NCBI GenBank assembly: GCA_036785375.1 | Contig: JAWMAR010000090.1 | Coordinates: 1,550,001 to 1,614,000, forward strand | Reading direction: 5' to 3' | DNA from: Leucoraja ocellata | Taxonomy: Eukaryota | DNA length: 64,000 nucleotides | In this document: in pieces, positions 60,405-64,000 of the stretch | Layout of the letters: the number at the start of each line of letters is the position of its first letter | Position numbering within the stretch: position 1 is the first letter of the stretch | Translations under genes and position numbers: made by a program | Notes under the pieces: model-generated | What the model was told of the DNA's origin: nothing | Seen by the model: only the letters and a program-made list of their open reading frames with translations | Databases searched by the model: none

Positions 60405-61350
60405 TGATCCCAGGGATGATTGGGTTAACATATGATGAGCGTTTAAGGGCACTGGGCCTGTACTCGCTGGAGTTTAGAAGGATTACCGGGACCTCATTGA
60501 AACTTACCGACTAATGAAAGGCTTAGATGACGTGGATGTGGAGACGATGTTACCATTAGTGGGAGAGTCCAGGACCAGAGGCAAACCCTCAGTAAAAGGA
60601 TGTACCTTTAGAAAGGAAATAATAAGGAATTTCTTTAGTTAGAGGGTGGTGAATAGAAACATAGAAACATAGAAATTAGGTGCAGGAGTAGGCCATTCGG
60701 CCCTTCGAGCCTGCACCGCCATTCAATATGATCATGGCTGATCATCCAACTCAGTATCCCGTACCTGCCTTCTCTCCATACCCCCTGATCCCCTTAGCCA
60801 CAAGGGCCACATCTAACTCCCTCTTAAATATAGCCAATGAACTGGCCTCAACTACCCTCTGTGGCAGAGAGTTCCAGAGATTCACCACTCTCTGTGTGAA
60901 AAAAGTTCTTCTCATCTCGGTTTTAAAGGATTTCCCCCTTTATCCTTAAGCTGTGACCCCTTGTCCTGGACTTCCCTAACATCGGGAACAATCTTCCTGC
61001 ATCTAGCCTGTCCAACCCCTTAAGAATTTTGTAAGTTTCTATAAGATCCCCTCTCAATCTTCTAAATTCTAGAGAGTATAAACCAAGTCTATCCAGTCTT
61101 TCTTCATAAGACAGTCCTGACATCCCAGGAATCAGTCTGGTGAACCGTCTCTGCACTCCCTCTATGGCAATAATATCCTTCCTGGGGTCTGGTGGAATTC
61201 ATTGCCACAGAAGGCTGTGGAGGCCAAGTCAATGGATATTTTTTAGGTGGAGATTGACATTCTTAATTAGTAAGGATGTCGGGGGTTATGGGTTGAGAGG
61301 GAAAGATAGGTCAGCCATGAATGGCGGAGTAGCCTTGATATGCCGACTTG
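60405..61350 (+). mobile_element. CR1 fragment interrupted by an antisense CR1
   Basis: Host reads GAGGGTGGTGAAT| (60654) and resumes at ..GTGGAATTCATTGCCACAG (~61190). Confidence 0.8.
60654..61183 (-). mobile_element. Younger CR1 3' portion
   Basis: Minus [45 protein letters not shown]; (CATAGAAA)n tail. Confidence 0.92.
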
Positions 61351-61469
61351 ATGGGCTGCTCCTAGAACTTGTGAACTTGCTCCTATATAAATTACAAAAT
61401 CAGATATCTCCAATTGATAGAAGCTACCAAATGATGCTTGTCACCGATACTTTATGATTAAATATGAGA

Positions 61470-62745
61470 GGTGCCGGGAGACTGGAAGATGGCAAACTTT
61501 GTGCCTCCATTCAGGAAGGGTTGCAGGGAAAGGCCTGGGAACTACAACCAGTGAGCCTAACAATCTGTGGTCCTAATGTGATCAATCTGTTGTCTATTGT
61601 AAAGTTGCTGGTGAGTATTCTGTGAGATAAGATATACTTACATGAATTTACATCAACAAGGGCTGGTTAGAGATGGTCAGCATGATTTTGTACATGGGAG
61701 GGTGTCTTACAAATCTGAGTTAATGAGGGCAGAACTGCAGACTTATCAGCAAAGCATTTGACAAGGTTCTGCATGGTAGGCTGCTCTAGAAAGTTAGATC
61801 ACATGGGATCCAAGGAGAGATAGCTGAATGAATTTTTAAAAATCGGCTTCATGGAAGGAAGCAGAGGATAGAGGGCAGTTTTTCTGACGAGGCCTATGAC
61901 TAGTTGTGTGCCTCAGGCCTTGGCCCATTGCTGTTTGTCATCTACATCAATGATTTGGATAAGAACGTACAAGGCACGGTTAGCAAGTTGACAGATAACA
62001 CTAAAGTGAGTGGTATTGTAGATAATGAAAATGGTTGCTAAAATTTTGCAGCAGGATCTTGATCGGTTGGGCAGGTAGGGCTTGAGGATTAGTTGAAGGG
62101 GTTTAATGCAGAGAAATGTGAGGCGTTGTATTTTGGGAAGTCTAACAAGGGCAGGACCTACACAGTGAATGGTAGGACTGTGGGGAGTGTTGTAGAGCAG
62201 ACGGATCAAGGTCTGCAGTTAGTTCTTGAAAGTGGTATCGCAGATAGATGGGGTGTCAAAAGGCTTTCGGCACATTGCCCTTCATCAGTCAGAGTACTGC
62301 AAAATAGAAGTTGAGAGGCCATGTTACAGTTCTACAAGGCACTGGCGAGGCCAGATTTAGAGTATTATGTTCAGTTTCGGTCACCATGCTATAGGAAAGA
62401 TGTTGTCAAGCCGAAAAGGGTGCAGGGAATATTTACGAGGATGTTGCCAGGGCTCGAGGGCCTGAGCTATAGGGAACGGTTGATCAGGGTAGGACTTTAT
62501 TCCTTGAAGTGCAGGAGGATGCAGGGTGATCTTATAGTGTACAAAATCATGAAAAGAATACATCAGGTAAATGCCCAGAGTCTTTTGCCTAGAGTCGGGG
62601 AATCAAGAACCAGAGGACATAGGTGTAAGGTGAGGGGGATAAGATTTAATAGAAACCTGAGGTGTAACTTATTTTCAAAGGGTGGCGAGTGTAAGGACCA
62701 AGCTTACATGTTGCAGCAGGTACTATTGCAACGTTTAAGAAACAG
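61470..62745 (+). mobile_element. CR1 LINE RT region; continues at 63511-63630
   Basis: AFDKV, YINDL and ALARPDLEYYVQF motifs; related to 4076-7633. Confidence 0.9.
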
Positions 62746-62756
62746 TATCGCACAGG

Positions 62757-62902
62757 NNNNNNNNNNNNNNNNNNNNNNNNNNNNNNNNNNNNNNNNNNNN
62801 NNNNNNNNNNNNNNNNNNNNNNNNNNNNNNNNNNNNNNNNNNNNNNNNNNNNNNNNNNNNNNNNNNNNNNNNNNNNNNNNNNNNNNNNNNNNNNNNNNNN
62901 NN
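62757..62902. other. Assembly gap (146 N)
   Basis: Run of N. Confidence 1.
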
Positions 62903-63510
62903 CATCATGCAGGCAGGGGACAGGGCAAGCGGGGGGAGCACTATCTGAGTGAAATTCACATGGTGCATAGCCAAGGAGGCACACCACGATGAACAGGAAG
63001 GTTGGCGCTGTAATTAAGACGACTAAAGCACAGTGTACAGTAAGTCCTTTAAAAGAAGGGGTGGGGAGTGGAGGGAGAAGGAGTGGAGACAACTTTTTAG
63101 AAGCCAGAGATACACGGCTGTGAAACTCGGCGGACATTTAGTATTACTGGTCGGTTATCCTTTGTTCTGAAAACTACTGCTTACGTTTTTTTTTCCCAAT
63201 GAGCCAATGAAATTCACTGGTCAGCACCGGCTACAACCTACGAGAATCTACGAGATCCTTCGACCTCCTAGCGACCCACCTACGGCACGAGAATTCTCGC
63301 TACTCTCCATGGCGGCTCCATTCTGGTCGCCGCTAATTTTTCAACATGTTGAAAAATCTACGGCGATCATAATGAGGCCGCGACTAGTTCCCAGAATGCG
63401 GGAACCCCTCACGACCATGAAGGCGACTCCCCGGCAACCACCCGCGAACATGTGGCGACTGCATAATCTCCTGCAGTCGCCTAAAAAGTCGCCTATGTGG
63501 GACAGGCCCA
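62903..63510. mobile_element. Harbinger-like MITE, right part (left end lost at the gap)
   Basis: Ends AAAAGTCGCCTATGTGGGACAGGCCCA|TTA; CR1 resumes at TTAGACAGGTACATGG. Confidence 0.75.
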
Positions 63511-63747
63511 TTAGACAGGTACATGGATAGGACAGGTTTAGAGGGATATAGGCCAAACGCAGTCAGGTGGGTCTAGTGTGGATGGGGCATGTTACTCTAC
63601 TCAAGAACGTACCTCGGTGACTCTATGACCAATTTGGATCAATTAAGCTCTGCCACTACTGGTGTTTATCTCATAAATGTTTCTAAGTATATCATCCAAG
63701 AGAAATACAGTTTCTGTAGCAATTAACCTGCACACTCATGATGAAAT

Positions 63748-64000
63748 GAAGGGTCACAGTTTACAAATAAGGAGTAGGCCATTTAGGACTGAGATGAGGA
63801 AAAACTTTTTCATCCAGAGTTGTGAATCTGTGGAATTCTCTGCCACAGAACGCAGTGGAGGCCAATTCACTGGATGTTTTCAAGAGAGAGTTGGGCTGTT
63901 CTTAGGGCGAACGGAATCAAGGGATATGGAGAAAAAGCAGGATCGGGGTACTAATTTTGGTTGATCAGCCATGATCATATTGAATGGCGGTGGTGGCTCG
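63748..64000 (+). mobile_element. CR1 3' fragment running off the window
   Basis: KGHSLQIRSRPFRTEMRKNFF and tail GATCAGCCATGATCATATTGAATGGCGG. Confidence 0.88.

Noticed and set aside
62321-63137. 223-aa and 163-aa ORFs spanning X runs
   Set aside because: Artefacts of reading through the N gap; the 5' part is CR1 ORF2.

Overview
This is eukaryotic, repeat-rich genomic DNA from a cartilaginous fish, probably a skate or ray (inferred from HE1-type V-SINEs, HER1/CR1 LINEs and abundant Penelope-type terminal repeats). The window covers the 5' part of a + strand myocardin-related transcription factor B gene (MRTFB/MKL2): a first coding exon at 13052-13241 splices in phase 1 across a ~39.6 kb intron to the 66-nt RPEL1 exon at 52855-52920. 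Inside that intron is a second, apparently alternative first coding exon (30432-30486, MALLEPERNIALESSFKS). It has its own CCAAT/GC-box region and resembles the myocardin/MASTR/BSAC N-terminus. The rest is intronic and dense in transposons: CR1, Rex1-like and RTE-like fragments, V-SINEs, roughly 25 Penelope-derived short inserts carrying minimal hammerhead-ribozyme cores, Helitrons nested in other Helitrons, a full-length but dead IR/DR Tc1, several MITE families, a solo LTR and a 146-nt assembly gap. Nearly all ORFs in the supplied track are repeat-derived or spurious. Family assignments come from recalled motifs, not database searches, and many repeat boundaries are approximate.
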